Notes: generated from the letters alone by a model not told the origin. 64,000 bases of DNA from Octopus vulgaris (GCA_951406725.2 OX597817.1:175708001-175772000), one strand, 5' to 3'. Shown: positions 29,033 to 43,751, counted from the stretch's first letter. Translations and numbers: made by a program.

Positions 29033-30744
29033 TTGGTCTGCAATAAGAACAAGGCCTGAAAGTTTGTCGGGAGGGGCATAATCAATTACATTGACCCCAG
29101 GGCTCAACTAGATCTTCTTTAATCAACCTTGAAGACATGAAAGGCAAAGTCAAATTTGGCAAAATTTGAGTTCGTAAAGTGAAGTCTAATGTTAATACTG
29201 CTAAGCATTTTGTCTGACACAACAGCAATTTTGCCAGCTCACCACCTTGTTGTTGATGATGATTTCATCTATTTGCCACCAGGGTGAAAGATGAAGGAGA
29301 CAATACAAAGATAGACACAAAGTGGTATTTGTTACATCGTTGTCATCATTTATTATCCATCTTCCAATGCTGGCCTGGATTGGAGGATTTGACAGGATCT
29401 GATAGGTCATCATGCCCCAGTGTCTGCTTTGGCATGGTTTCAACAGCTGATGCCATTCCGAAAACCAACCACTTTACAGTGGTGCCAATCATTTTACAAG
29501 TTCAAATCATTTCCCCCCAAATCAATAAAGTTTAAATACTGAGGTTCATGTAATAGCTTAAAGGGCCGTCTCCCAGATGATGTTCAACTGGGTACAGTTT
29601 AATGATGACTGAATCTAGCAAAAGACTGCAGAATACAACGGGCATTCACTTCACATACAAACATAGACATGTCTGAGTAGTAAGACACACAACCAGATTA
29701 TTCTGCAGAAAATGTGTGGGTAGCGAGGTAGTAGGAGATGTCTTGGAATAAAATGCATGCAACAAAGTAAACTCAAGAAGAATGGTTGTATAGTTAAGAA
29801 ATTCATTTCACAAGAATGTGACTCAGGTTCAGTCCCACTGTGTGGCATCTTGGACAAGCATCTTAGCCTTTGGTTAACCAATGCCTTGTGAATAAATATG
29901 ATAGATCAAAACTGAACAAAGACAGTTGTGTGTGTGTGTGTGTGGGCATGTGCGCATCTGCTAGCATACATGTGTTTGAACATTTACATTATGTACTTTG
30001 CATGAAAATACATGAGCTACAGATGATGACATCTGCTAGGATTACTTTGTTGATAAATCTTCTGACAGCTCTGCACTTTTGAAGAAAAACAGAATCAAAA
30101 CTTCCTTGCTTGAAAAACAGATCATAGATTAGCAACTGGAAGGGGCACCAGGCATTCACCCATTAAAAGTTGCTTTCTTGAGCCATACTGACTCATAATG
30201 GCCAGTTTCCCAGTTTCATGGTATATATATATTCCCCAGCTGGATAGGATGCCAGTCTGTTTCAGGGTGACTCATTTTTGCCAGCTGAGTGGACTGGAGG
30301 AACGTGAAATGAAGTGTTTTGCTCAAGAACATGTGTCACTCAATCCAACAGCCTAACCAGTAAGCCATGCACTTCCAGTTTCCCCCTTTAGTATTGAAAC
30401 CAAGACATATCCAGACCAAATAACCTACCTGTTTTATAAACAAATCAGCCAGGTCTGGCCTCTCACACCTACCCTATAATGTCATTCTAAAAATAAACCA
30501 CATCAACGTCTTGAACCCACAAGATAACGCACGATAGATTCAAAATTGTGAATAAATAAACTTACATCTGATAGCGTAATCTGAATGTTAAAGGGTAAAA
30601 ACAAAGCCTCAACAATACAAATTAATGAAACCCATGCAAGAAGCCTGGCAAAAGAGATGTGAAAAGGAATGAACAAAACCATGACCAAATTATAGATAAT
30701 TATGTGTGTATGTCAATTAGCAGGTAACAATGGATAGTTGTTAC

Positions 30745-30864
30745 CTGTGGGATGAGAATTCCAAGTATGATGCCACCTAGTTTTAGCATGTTATTTGTTA
30801 TCCACATTCTGATTGCATACTGGCATCCTCTGGTGTTGATAGCAGAACCAAATTTACTAAACAT
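30745..30864 (-). CDS. TspanC8-type tetraspanin exon (end of EC2 and TM4)
   Basis: ttccag/gtaac junctions, 120 nt, MFSKFGSAINTRGCQYAIRMWITNNMLKLGGIILGILIPQ (I.T.GC motif). Confidence 0.9.
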
Positions 30865-31065
30865 CTGGAAAAACAGAAAAAAAAAAAAATTCTTAGTTAT
30901 TTCATCAATAAAATATACTACAACTATAATCTCATGGGTTTATTTGTGAATTATCCAGGACCCTTTTGACGCAAACCATCCACTATATAGAGTGCACACA
31001 TATATGGTGTTTATGGCTAAGATGAAAGCGTTGTATATAGACACCTTATCTATTTATCTATATAA

Positions 31066-31118
<53 letters not shown>

Positions 31119-31837
31119 CACACACATATATATATGTGTATTTACAAAATGTTGTTGCATTCCAAAAGGTTGCATTATTATTTAGTTTTAAATTTGATGG
31201 TGATGTTCATTGTCTGGAAATCTTTCATCACCCATCCATGACCTCCTCTTCAACATCTTTTCCTCACACATGCATCCTCTCGTTCTGTTTAGTCCATTCT
31301 GTCTTCCTATGATGTGCATCTTTATCTGCACATGTGTTTGCTGCAAGTTTTAGCCAGTTTTATTGTTCATATTTAAAACATCACAGCTCTCTTAAGTATG
31401 GTCTATGGTATATCGTGGCACCCTAATCAGAAACTACAGCTATAGAGAGACAACGAGGATTTTTAAATGAAAGTATTTCGTTTGTGTATCCAGCTGAAAT
31501 AATCATCTTGAATTGCTTTTGCTTTTTAAAGAACAAAAGTTGAAACTTTATCCTGCTATAACTAAGAAAAAAACAGCTCAAGTATAAAAAATATGTAAAA
31601 ACAGAACACAATTCTAAAAATTAAAGAAAGACAAAATTTAAAAGTACCTAAAAACAAACACATTCTAAAAACAATTCAAGAAGTTTTTTCACAAGAGAAA
31701 TGTAATTAAAAACTATTCAAAAACAATGTAATTAGAATCAAAAAGGAAAATAAGCAATTTTCAAGAATTTAAACAACAACAATCAAAACAATTTTCAAAA
31801 ATGAATTAAAAACAAAATACAATTCTAAAGAACTCAC

Positions 31838-31888
31838 ATTGTCATCTAACATTTTGTTGCCGCATTTTAAATTTATGAGACCATTTTC
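31838..31888 (-). CDS. TspanC8-type tetraspanin 51-nt exon
   Basis: tcag/gtgagt junctions, ENGLINLKCGNKMLDDN (N..CG motif), phase 0 at both ends. Confidence 0.85.
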
Positions 31889-32111
31889 CTGAGAATATAC
31901 AGAAAGACATTAAGACATCAGTTTAAAATAAATAAATAAATAAAAATAAAAAATGCATGTAATTAAAAACTATATCTTAGTATAATTAAAATTATTTGTT
32001 TCTGTGCAAATTGTTAGATTTTCATTTTTATCTATTTATTTTTCTGGTTGTAATGAAATTTGAAATCATGGCCAGAATTTACATTTGTCATAAAATTAAC
32101 TCACAAACCCT

Positions 32112-32546
32112 TTAGTTAGTTAGTTAGTTAGTTAATTTGGCTCAAAAGCAAATAGCAAGGCCATGTAGGGGGACATGGAGTTAAGTACAGGGTGGTGTTC
32201 ATGTAAGGAGTTCAGGCCACTTGAGGTCAAGGGAGGCTTTGAACAAAGCGGTCGTCGGCATCTTCACCATCTCGTCTGGCAGCTTGTTCCACGGATCCGC
32301 AACCCGGACGGAGAAAGCTCCTCTCCTTCGATTGAGATGAAATCGTCGCAGGTAGAGCTTTCCGGAATGACCCCGCAGCCGACGCTCTGGAGCAGGAGTG
32401 AAGAACAGCTCTTTCGAGAGGTTACACTTTCCGCTTATGATGTGGGCGAGAATGAGATCACCACGGCGGCGGCGTTTTTCAAGAGAATAAAGATCGAGCG
32501 TCCTTAGCCTTTCTTCGTAGGACAAATTTTTGAGACCATGAACCAT
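32112..32546 (-). mobile_element. CR1-clade LINE 3-prime fragment with (TAAC)n tail
   Basis: LSYEERL..L.LYSLEKRRRRGDLI...RLRGHSGKL...FSVRVADPWNKLP...FKASLD; tail at 32112-32133. Confidence 0.88.
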
Positions 32547-32762
32547 GTTTGCATTATTCTACCAAAATTAATGCTTTTTCATCCACTTTGTTTTGAACTA
32601 ATCATACATTATCTTGTAGCTATGAGATTTTGATGAGTTGGCTGTTAATTTTTAAAACGACATTGTAGGATTGGTGTGAGAGACCAGATCTGGCCAGTTT
32701 GAACATAAAACAGGCAGAATACTTTTGGCCGGATATGGCCGGTTTAAATGCTAAAGGGTTAA
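32547..32762. mobile_element. piggyBac-like MITE end
   Basis: Ends in ctaaaggg-TTAA. Confidence 0.45.
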
Positions 32763-33046
32763 ACTTCTGTAATGCTTTCTCAACTGGAACAATAGAATAA
32801 TTGCAGGATCAATATCTTGATCCTGTGAGAATCTAGATTTTTAGAAAATGCAATTGGTCCAGTATTAACTATTTTTGCTACCATATTTCTGTTAAAATAC
32901 ACAGCCTTTGTGTCAATTAATTTTGAAAATAATGAAGAATTTATTAAAATACATTTGTCATTATTAAGCTGGTGTTTCCAACATAAATCAACATGAAATT
33001 TCGATGGGAGACCTTAATTTAGATCACTTTCATGCAGGGAAGTGTA

Positions 33047-33337
33047 CATGACTTTCAGAAACATTTTTTCACGCTAAGAGTTGCTGAAATATAGAACAAA
33101 CTGCCGGCATCAGTTGTTAGTTGTCGGAGCACTGCATCCTTCAAAACTTCCATGCTTCCTGAGATTCGCCAACACTACACCTGATTTTCTCCCCTCCATA
33201 CACACACAAGCATGTATCTGACTCATACACTGTTCACTTTCAAGACATTTGTACATTACTGCATATGCTTTATATGCTCTTGTGACAAGTTGTGGTGCAC
33301 CTGAGCACTGTATACAATAATTTCATTATTATTATTA
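33047..33337 (+). mobile_element. CR1-like LINE 3-prime end with (ATT)n tail
   Basis: Translates HDFQKHFFTLRVAEI*NKLPASVVSCRSTASFKTS, allowing one frameshift in the T run. Confidence 0.7.
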
Positions 33338-34761
33338 TTTTTAATAGATATAGGGATAGCTATCAAAAGAGTTAACTATATCACATGGATTTGGATGAAA
33401 TTTGCTGATAACGGTCATTGGTGTATATTCTCAATGAAGTATTACCAGTTGTTGATTTTTACCCATTGTCATATAACTTTCACTTGCTCATATAGGGTGA
33501 ATAATATTTAGATGATTACAAAATAAGTGAATGTTGAGCATTGATTTTCACATTAAATCATCAATAGATAAATAATAAATAATATCACCAAATTCTAACA
33601 CACTGCTCAAGGTATTAACAACAGTTAGGCTCAAAAACTGAAAGAAGGAAAAAGTCTACAGAATTTTTTACTTGATAAAACACAAAAACTAAACAATCAG
33701 GAAGTCCTTTGCCAGAAAGTTCATTTTCAAACAAGGCTAAAATTGGTTTCTCGCACAGAAGAGTGCTTAGTTCCAGTTTTGGACTCTCAAAATAGCAACA
33801 CCATTTGAAATACTTTCATGCAGTTGAAGATTTGACAACAGGTGCCGATACCTGCAATATGGTACTTTAGGAGTTAAATGCCCTTAAAAACGGAATAAAC
33901 ATCACCACTTTGCCTATTTCCTTTTCACTATAAATCAGTGGATGCACTTCAATGTTTGTAAAAATTATAAAAAAATAAAAAGTAGACAAGACCTGGTGTT
34001 GGTCTCTTAGAATTGATGTCATTTTCTTGAATTCCAACACAACTCTTTAAAGGGAGCTAATCAAGAAACGCCAAATTAAGGAACCTTAAGATAGTCAATA
34101 AGATCTACAGAAATAACAGCCAAATCATCATCATCGTTTAACATCTGTTTTCCATGCTAGCATGGGTTGGACGGTTCGACCAGGGTCTGAGAAGCCAAAA
34201 GTCTGCACCAGGCTCCAGTCTGATCTGGCAGTGTTTCTACAGCTGGATGCCCTTCCTAACGCCAACCACTCCGTGAGTGTAGTGGGTGCTTTTTACATGC
34301 CACCGGCACAGGTGGCAGGTGAGGCTGGCAACGGCCATAATCAGTTGGTGCTTTTTACGTACCACCGGCACGGATATGTGCCACCGATCTTTCAAATTAC
34401 ACTATGTTGTCATTAAAAAAGGATGGCTACATTAGATTATATCGTCCTGGAAACACGATATCAAGAGAATAAACATAGCCAGAAAATCATTGATAACAAC
34501 TTTATGGCTTTGTGTGATGGATTGTGTAATGAAGCTTTTTGCTAGGCAGGATTACGCCAACATGTCATCGAGCTGTTTGATCAGGACCAACCTCAGGTAA
34601 CAACAATTGGCTAAATTAAAAACAACAAACGATGTGTGTGTGTGAACACGTATGCATAAACATAGATATAGGAATGAACAGAAAAGTACGTGAAAGGCAA
34701 AAACAGAAACACAAGGAGGCAAATAATCTCCGTGAATGAAAAAAGGCAAATGTTTACATAC

Positions 34762-34896
34762 CTTCTTCTTGCAACATGAAAAGGGTACAGAACATTTCTC
34801 TGGGCTGGTATTATTGGCACTACAGGTGAAGTACATGTTACTGTTCCAATCTTTGTAACCAGTGTTTGGATCATCATTCATGCCACAGCATTCCAG
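34762..34896 (-). CDS. TspanC8-type tetraspanin exon (EC2 CCG)
   Basis: tcag/gtatgt junctions, 135 nt, LECCGMNDDPNTGYKDWNSNMYFTCSANNTSPEKCSVPFSCCKKK. Confidence 0.96.
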
Positions 34897-35381
34897 CTGA
34901 TGAAAGAGAATGTTAATTAAAAATGTACTGTAGGTGGTAGAAATACTTGCAATAGCAAGCATAAAGCATGCAATTGGACAATATATTAGCTTTAAATTTT
35001 GGCACTAGGCCAGCAAGTTGAAGGGAGAGGGCAAGGTGATTATCAACCTTAGTGCTCAACTGGTATTTTTTTTATTGACCCTGAAAGGAGGAAAGACAAA
35101 GTCAACCTCAACAGAATGTGAACTCAGAATATAAAGACAGACTAAAAACTGCTGAGCATTTGGCCCAGTGTGATAACAATTCTACCAGCTTACAGCTTTG
35201 ATTGGACAATATATTGAAAGCAAATAAGAGATATCCCTATTTTACAACACCAAAAACCAAGTTATAGCTCTCCCTCAATGGAACACAAAATATCATTATA
35301 GAAAATAGTTTATTATAAAGCAATGTTTTTAACAACTGCTACATCTATACTGAAACAGGTTTACACAGACAATAACTGTTG

Positions 35382-36240
35382 TATGAGGTGGTATCAAAAA
35401 GTTCCTGGACAAGTTCTGTAGTGCACCAACAGATGGCAGCACATGGTTGTATGAGCAGTGAGAGCTGGCAGTGACCTTCATGAGGAAGTGTGCTGAGTCA
35501 CATTGCTGTTTACTTTGCAAGTTGTGAAATCTATGTTTTAGTGATCACGTGTATGTTGTAGTCTGTGATTTTGTCATGAACATCAGAAGAGAACTGGTAA
35601 AACAAAGAACCAGTGTGAAATTTTGTGTTAAACTTGGGGAGTCTGCTACAGAGACACTGAGCATGCTTTGGCAAGCTTACAAAGACGGGGCAATGGGTCG
35701 TATGCAATGTTTCAAGTGACACTGGTGCTTCAAAAGCAGAAGAACATCCCTCGAAGACGACGAACAATCTCAAAGACCTGCCACAAGCTAAACCCCAGAA
35801 ATAAGATATTGTGCATCAAGAATTTCTCTCCCAGAGCCAAACCATCAATTGAGAGTTCTACTGCAATGTTTTGAAGCATTTGAGAGAAGACATTTGGCAA
35901 AAGCAACTGGATGTATGGAGCGCAAAGAATTGAATTCTTCACAATGCCAATACATTCTGTCACTGAGTTCTCCTCACTTGTGAGTTTCTCGCCAAAAACA
36001 GTACAGTATCTCTACACACCCATCCTATTCTCCAGATTTAGCGCCTGTGGACTTCCATCTCTTCTCACTTACAAGGACTTGCTTACAGAAAATGATTTCC
36101 AAGCCAGATTCCAAAAGTGATAGGAACACTGGGACAGGTAAATTACTGTGCAAGGTGACTGTTTCAAAGGAAATGATGTTAAAACTTGGGTAAATAAGTT
36201 ATTTTTTATTAAACAGAACTAGTCCAGGAACTTTAGGAAG
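35382..36240 (+). mobile_element. Internally deleted, degenerate mariner transposon
   Basis: TIRs ...aaagttcctggac / gtccaggaacttt; HTH fragment QRTSVKFCVKLGESATETLSML; PSYSPDLAPVDFHLF at about 36021. Confidence 0.85.
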
Positions 36241-36357
36241 CAAGTGAGTGAATAATAGAAAAATGATAGAGGGTAGGGGGGGAGAGATGAAAAAGAGGAA
36301 GAGAGAATAAGGATAGTAAGAGAAAGAAATAGAGAGAAAAAAAAGAGAGAATGAGAC

Positions 36358-36388
<31 letters not shown>

Positions 36389-36401
36389 AAATGGAACTTA
36401 C

Positions 36402-36584
36402 CTTCTGTTGGAAATTATCAATGAAGTTTTGTTGATCAAGGTCTTCTCTGTATGATTTAACAACACCTTTGAAGAATTTCTCCATATTGATTTCAGTCAT
36501 TAAACCAGGTTTGGAATAAATGACAAAAAAGAACAGGGAGAGGACAATTTCACATATTAGGACGACAACCATACTAATTTCATA
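36402..36584 (-). CDS. TspanC8-type tetraspanin exon (TM3 and EC2 start)
   Basis: cag/gtaagt junctions, 183 nt, YEISMVVVLICEIVLSLFFF...YREDLDQQNFIDNFQQK. Confidence 0.95.
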
Positions 36585-37248
36585 CTGTTGGAAGAAGGAA
36601 AGACACAAAACAATATTTTAGTGAAAGACAAAATAAGATTGAATTAGAATGTAATAATGATTTCTTTCACAGCAATAAATAGCTATATAATAGTTGTAGT
36701 GGATGGGTATATCAATGGAATAACATTCCCCTGTATATTACTGGTATGAATATTATGAACATCAGAAGAGAACTGGTAAAGCATCAAACAAAGTAATTTC
36801 TTTTTATGTGTGGTTAAAAAGTTTGCTTCTCATCAACATGGTCCTGGGTTCAGTCCCACTGCACAGTACTTTGGGCAAGTGTCTTCTACTATAACCCTGA
36901 GCCAACCAAAACCTTGAGTGGATTTGGTAGGTAAAAACTGTGCAGAAGCTCAGTGTACGTATGCATATTTATGTGGCATGTAAAACGCAGCCACCCTTCA
37001 AACTTTGGGCCTCACAGAGGAAGTGACAAATGACTGAGACCTTTGGCAATGTACCACACTTGGGAAGACCTGTCAAGCCAAGTGAGGTCGTAGATGAGGC
37101 TGATGCTAATGTTTTGTAACTGGCACAAAGAAAAGCACCCACTACACTCTTGGAGAGGTTGGCGTTGGGAAGGGCATCCAACTGTAGAAACCATACCAAA
37201 TCAGATTGAAAACTGGTGCAGCTCTCTAGATTATCAGTTTTCAGTTAA

Positions 37249-38323
37249 CCCTTTCGTTACTATATTTCTGACTAAAATACACCCCTTATATGTTTCAATT
37301 AATTTCTAAAATAATCATAAATTTAGTCTGGTTTCATTAAACAACTATAACTTTTTTATTTATCAATATATTAACATGAATTTTGGAAGATAATTTAATG
37401 AAATGTTCTCAACCAATTCTATACTATAATTTTTGTCACAAAGTGACTCTAATTGCAGGTAGATACAGGTAAATTCAACAAAGTATAAAATTATTAAAAT
37501 TTTGTTCAAACATCGCTATAGAAAATGGGTTATTAGCTAATATTCAATTGGGTATACAACAAAATTTTACGATAGAATTTGTTATTCTGGGTAACTTTCT
37601 GATACCCATAATAATATTTATGGCAAAATAGTCTTAATTTCATTTAAGGTTATGGGAAACCACTAACTATCCTTTCTTTCGTTTTGTTTACATTTAGCGT
37701 AACGGTTCGTTTCCGCCGTAATGATATCAAATAGGCTCATTCGAAAAAGTAAAAAGAAATAGCCTAAGGCTTTACCCTTCTGGGAAAGTCTGTGGCTTGG
37801 TCCAGCTTCTTCAAAAAAATCACCGAAAGAAACAGTTTTTAAATTTTCACTCCATTCAGGTGCCAATTCATTTTCTTTATCGCTGTCGGAGCTCTCGGAT
37901 TCACTGTTTTCACTTTCGGAAAATGAAACATCAGATTCATTATCAAATACCACATGCTTTTTTTTTCAGTCATAGAGTTAGATTTATGAAGGTCTTCAGT
38001 AGAAAATCCTTCAAATTCTGACTCGCTGCTTGATATAATGAAATTCGTATCCATTTTTTGTCAGAATTACAAATTTTGAAAACACAATAGGAACAAATTT
38101 CGGAAAAAAATCTCCCAAAATTCATGGAATTAAAATTACACTTAGATTATTGTACAAAACTGTAGTTGAACTCTTTACGAAGTATAATACGTATTTTCAC
38201 GAATGTACTTAAGAGATTTGCTCTGATATTCTCATTTAAATATGAGTAGGTAAATTCGGGCAACTTTGGGCGGTTTGGTCACATTAACCAAAATTTTTTT
38301 CGGGCAGTTTGGTAACGAAAGGG
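37249..38323 (-). mobile_element. Internally deleted piggyBac element with TTAA target duplication
   Basis: TTAA-CCCTTTCGTTAC ... GTAACGAAAGGG-TTAA; acidic N-terminus and FFLLF..SLFDIITAETNRYA transposase fragment (37663-37953). Confidence 0.9.
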
Positions 38324-39049
38324 TTAAACCATCCAACCCATGCCAGCATGGAAAACGGATGTTAAATGATGATGTGTGTTATGTATATGTGAGTGAAGGT
38401 GCATGGCTTCGCGGTTCGGGTAGTAAGCTCTCAGCCATAAGTTCAATTTCTGGTGCTGCACTGTGTCATTGAGTAAGACCCTTTATTTCACATTGCTCCA
38501 GTCCACTTCAGCTGGCAAAAATGAGTCATACTTGAAAGGGTCAACCATGTCACATTCTGCGTCATCAGCCTGAGGATTATGTTATGTATATGCATGTCTG
38601 TGGAGTGCTCAGCCATTTGGACATTAATTTCATGAGCAGGCTGTTCCATTGATTGGGTCAACTGGAACCCTTGTCATTGTAACCGATGATGTGCCAGTTA
38701 TGTATTTGTGTATATCTGTGTGAGTGTGTGAGTGTGTGTGTGTGTGTGTACCCTTGGCTTGACATCATGTGATGATTGTAAACATGCACATACACCATCA
38801 CACATACAACATTGTTTCCAATCTATGTCTCATCATGGGAAAATATTACCTTCATTAAGAACAAATGAGGGTTGGTGACAGGAAGGGCATCTGGCTGCAG
38901 AAACTCTGCATCAACAAATTACACCTGACCCATGGAATAATGGAGAAGCGGATGTTAAAGGATGATGGCGTAAATCCTTTTCCATTCTGAAACAAAATTC
39001 CAAGAGATGCAACTTTGCTTTCAGTCCTTCCAAGGATTTAGGAATTACT

Positions 39050-39360
39050 CTTTACTCTTTTACTTGTTTCAGTCATTTGACTGTGGCCATGCTGGAGCAC
39101 CGCCTTTAGTCAAGCAAATCAACCCCAGGACTTATTATTTGTAAACCTAGTACTTATTCTATTGGTCTCATTTGCTGAACCACTAAGTTACGGGGATGTA
39201 AACACATATATACGACAGGCTTCTTTCAGTTTCCGTCTACCAAATCCACTCACAAGGCTTTGGTAGAAGACACTTGCCCAGGGTGCCACGCAGTGAGACT
39301 GAACCCAGAACCATGTGGTTGGTAAGCAAGCTACTTACCACACAGCCACTCCTGTGCCTA
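39050..39360 (-). mobile_element. SINE family A
   Basis: Matches other copies, with internal deletions. Confidence 0.85.
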
Positions 39361-40019
39361 TAATTCTTAATGTTAGCATTTGAACTTAAATACTGTACTT
39401 GATAAAACCGTTTACCCTCAATGCAATCTCAAAAAAAATTTTAAAAAACAAAGGCTCAGCCTTTCATTGCATTTCTTATGGACGGTTTTGACAAAGGGAT
39501 TGTCTGAATAACTTGTACTGAACAAAATATCATACTAGGGAATTTTTATTTGAAGGCACTATTTCTTCAAGCCATCTTTGCTGACACCAAGAACTTGTTC
39601 TCACATAAATCTCCAAATGGTGTGTGTGTTAGGGAGAAGAAGCTTACGGGAACTTTGCACTGACAAAGTACTGGTCAATCCGTGGCTATAGACATTTCCA
39701 AGTTTCTGTACAACTAAATCAAACCTGGAACCACTTTACAAAACAGACCTCTTGGCTGTATGACTATCAACACTTGTCTAAGTCATACACAACCACACAC
39801 ACACACACATATATTAAAGCAGCCACTAGATTTAATCGCATCCAAAGAAAGAGCAACCTACAAGACAAGGGACATAACTCTCGTCAACTTCACGGAAGAG
39901 TTTCAGCAAATGCGAATAATTTCACCGTTTTCTGCTTCTTGACATTCTGGATTCCAGGCAGAAAGGAGAAGCAGGGGCACGGGTGGAACCCGTTGAAGAA
40001 TTGCTTCTCATCATTAATA

Positions 40020-40417
40020 CTCTTTTACTTGTTTCAGTCATTTGACTGCGGCCATGCTGGAGCACCGCCTTTTAGTCGAGCAAATCGACCCCGGGACTTA
40101 TTCTTTGTAAGCCCAGTACTTATTCTATCGGCCTCTTTTGCCGAACCGCTAAGTAACGGGGACGTAAACACACCAGCATCGGTTGTCAAGCAATGCTAGG
40201 GGGACAAACACAGACACACAAACATATACACACACATACATATATATATATACATATATACGACAAGCTTCTTTCAGTTTCCGTCGACCAAATCCACTCA
40301 CAAGGCATTGGTCGGCCCGGGGCTATAGCAGAAGACACTTGCCCAAGATGCCACGCAGTGGGACTGAACCCGGAACCATGTGGTTGGTTAGCAAGCTACT
40401 TACCACACAGCCACTCC
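40020..40417 (-). mobile_element. SINE family A
   Basis: Highly similar to 6963-7360. Confidence 0.88.
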
Positions 40418-41729
40418 TTTTTTTTTTTTTTTTCCTCCTTGTTTACGTTTTTGCGAAAATCAAACCCGTGTTTTCCCTTCTAAGCGCAATCTTGGTCGTG
40501 TGGTTAAGAAGGTTGTTTCACAACCACGAGGTTCCAGGTTCAGTCCCACTGTGAAACACCTTTCACCATGGCACCAGGTTAACCAATATTTTGTGAGTGA
40601 ATTTGATAGACAGAAACTTTGTGGAAGCTCATCGTATGTCATTGCGTATATGTCTTTGTGTTGGTCTACCACCACTTTGCCACCGGTGCTACTTTATTTA
40701 CGTTCTCGTAACTTACAAGTTCGGCAGAAAGGGTCCAATAAAACACGTAGTAGATTTACAATGAGTTCCGTGGCCGATTTATTCGACAAAAGCCTTCAAG
40801 CTGGTAGCCCTGTATGATCACAGTTAAAAGAGTATAAAACCTTCAACAGTTTCACCATAATTACTGAGACTAGAGTGAATTACAGCGAAGCAGCTTTTAT
40901 CAGACATAGCAAGCCATCGTCTGATATATAACAGTTAGAAAAGCAGGATCTAAATATCACTAGAAGCCTCTAACAGAAGGGCTGGTCTCTTGATAATAAA
41001 TTGATATGAGAAATAGTTTCTTTTTATTTTTCAGCAAAGGGAACCGAACCGGTAGAAAGAACAGATGAATGTTTAACCACCGGCCAGTACGAAATGGTAC
41101 AGTGATGGACTGTCAGACACGTTGAAATAAATTATCTAGACATTAGTCTAGACAATCTACTTCAATGTGTCTCACCGCAAGTATTATTGACCGTTTGTAC
41201 TTTCATTCCGGCGAAACAAGAAACATCACTATCAAGGGGAAGTAACCTACAAATGACTAGCAATTTGTAGGAAAGAAAGAGTTGCCTCCCATGTATTGAA
41301 AACCTGCACAAATTTAAACTTTAAAATTATCAGATCTGGAACTATTTCTGGAAAAAAAAAATCTTTCCATTCGGACTGTTTAGCATCTTCTAACATTCGT
41401 AATGTATTATAGAACCTGGTTTCATGTTGAAGTCAGAAAATGTAGTAAAAACAAATCCAGACATCTAGTGCTCGACGAAACAACAATTTTAATAAAGACC
41501 ATAATTTCAAATTCTATGGTGTGAACCTATCATTTCTTTAAATTCTACAATATGCTCAGACTGTATGTAAATTAGGAATCTTTTCAATACTATTCCATGT
41601 ATTGTAGGTAACAGATGGATTTTTTAATAGTTCAGCAGATCCTCAATTACAATAACCATAATTCCTTTGAAATACTCAATTAACTGCTTTATATGTTTAA
41701 TTCACATACAATCCAGCCATCCATCAATT

Positions 41730-42203
41730 CAGAGGGTGGAAGATATTAAGCGACTAGAATCCTTCGATCACCTCTGTCTACTTCGCATCCTTCCTGTCCA
41801 ATGGCATCAATTTGTCTCCAACAATTCGGTGCGACACCAGTCCAGAATCACCTCCCTCCGACAAGTCATCCTAACGAGACATCTGCGTTGGATGGGTCAT
41901 GCCCTCCGTTGTCAACCAGGAGAATTCATCTACGAAGCAATTGCCCCAGCTCCCCTTCAGGGATGGCGAAAGCGATGTGGTGGACAACGAAAAACCTGGC
42001 TGATGACAGTCAAGGCTGATCTGGAACCCAACCTGGGCCCCCATGTCTACGGCGTTCGCTGCTGTAATAAGAAGTGGTTGGAGGTCATGCGGTCGTTAGC
42101 CTCAAATCGCCAGGCCTGGTCGGCGTTTGGGAGAGATGCAGCATTGAGGATGAATGAAGCCAGCTCAACCCACCCCAGGTGAATGCTTTTTCAAGTCAAG
42201 TCA
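41730..42203 (+). mobile_element. RTE-clade LINE 3-prime fragment with (TCAAG)n tail
   Basis: FDHLCLLRIL...VSNNSVR...RHLRWMGHALR...GGQRKTW; tcaagtcaagtca at end. Confidence 0.8.
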
Positions 42204-43267
42204 TATGTACCAAAATCTAAACAGTTACTAGAAAATACATTTGTAAGTAATTTCCAATCAATGCTCATGAATTTAAGGTACTGAACCTGATTAGAATGTT
42301 GCAGGAAAGAATCGCAAATCCGATTCTTCAAGTTGAATCAACCAGCCGGCAGGCCTAGGGGTAGACCAAGAACAAGATAGTTGGATAATATTCCATAGTC
42401 TCAGTTGGTCATGCCTGGAAATCTATCTAGAATGTTCAATTAAGGTTGCTTCTTATAGAACCCTATGGATAAGGTGCCTGAGAAGTCTATCCCAACAAGC
42501 CACCCAAGTGAAGTAGGTGGATGGGTGGACGTCTGAGTTCATAATAAGTCCAAAGTTTACTATTAACACTCTGTATATTATACTCTTAGGACAGAACATA
42601 TTATTGCTAGCTTAAGTCTGTTTGGTTCAACAAGGTTTTATTTCACAAATCAAAACAGACTATGGAATCTGGTGCAGCCCCTTGCCTTGCCAGTTCCTGT
42701 CAAGTCGTCCAACCCATGCCAGCATGGAAAACGGACGTTAAATGTTGATGATTCTAGCATAACATACTTTGGAGAAGTCACCAGATGCATGTCTTTTATC
42801 AGTTTTTCTTGTTCTTGAAGCCTCATCAAAGAATACATCACCACATCTTCCTACAAGTACATTCAACAAACAGCATATCCAATTGTTATCACATTACATG
42901 TCTATACCACTGCAGCTGTCTCTCCCATACACTCCAGCTGTTGTCCTCAATATCCTCTTGATCTATCAGGTGACCTGCACTCTTTGATTCTTTCATGCAG
43001 GTTAACATTATGCATCCAGTGCTCACCTCATTTATTCCCCACCAATTAGACAACTTCTATATTTAGAATCTATTAGACATCTTTAACCTAAAAGAATCTT
43101 ACTTTGTAACAACATGGCTCTCGCTTCAGGATTTAGGGATGAGCGTGTAAAATAATTCCGCCAAAATGAATCCTTTCGCATACCTTTTGTAAACCACTGA
43201 AGATAAATCCCAGCAAGGATTTTTTTGCAGGATCTACACTATTTTAAAATTATAAACAGAAGCGATT

Positions 43268-43457
43268 GTTTCAGTCATTTGACTGCAGCCATGCTGGAGC
43301 ACCGCCTTTAGTCGAGCAAATCGACCCCGGGACTTATTCTTTGTAAACCAGCACTTATTCTATCGTTTTTTTTTGCCAAACTGCTAAGTAACGGGGACGT
43401 AAACACACCAGCATTGGTTGTCAAGCAATGCTAGGGGGAGAAACACACACACACAAA

Positions 43458-43491
<34 letters not shown>

Positions 43492-43645
43492 TATGACAGG
43501 CTTCTTTGAGTTTCCGTCTACCAAATCTTGGGTTGGGCCACGGCTATAGTAGAAGACACTTGCCCAAGATGCCACATAGTGGGACTGAACCCGGAACCAT
43601 GTGGTTGGGAAGGAAGCTACTTACCACACAGCCACTCCTGCACCT
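43268..43645 (-). mobile_element. SINE family A
   Basis: Matches other copies. Confidence 0.85.
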
Positions 43646-43704
43646 ATAGTTAAATTTATTTTAGTTCTTATGACTCATGCTATGTTTGTATGTATATAAT
43701 ATAA

Positions 43705-43739
<35 letters not shown>

Positions 43740-43751
43740 GATGGATGGATG

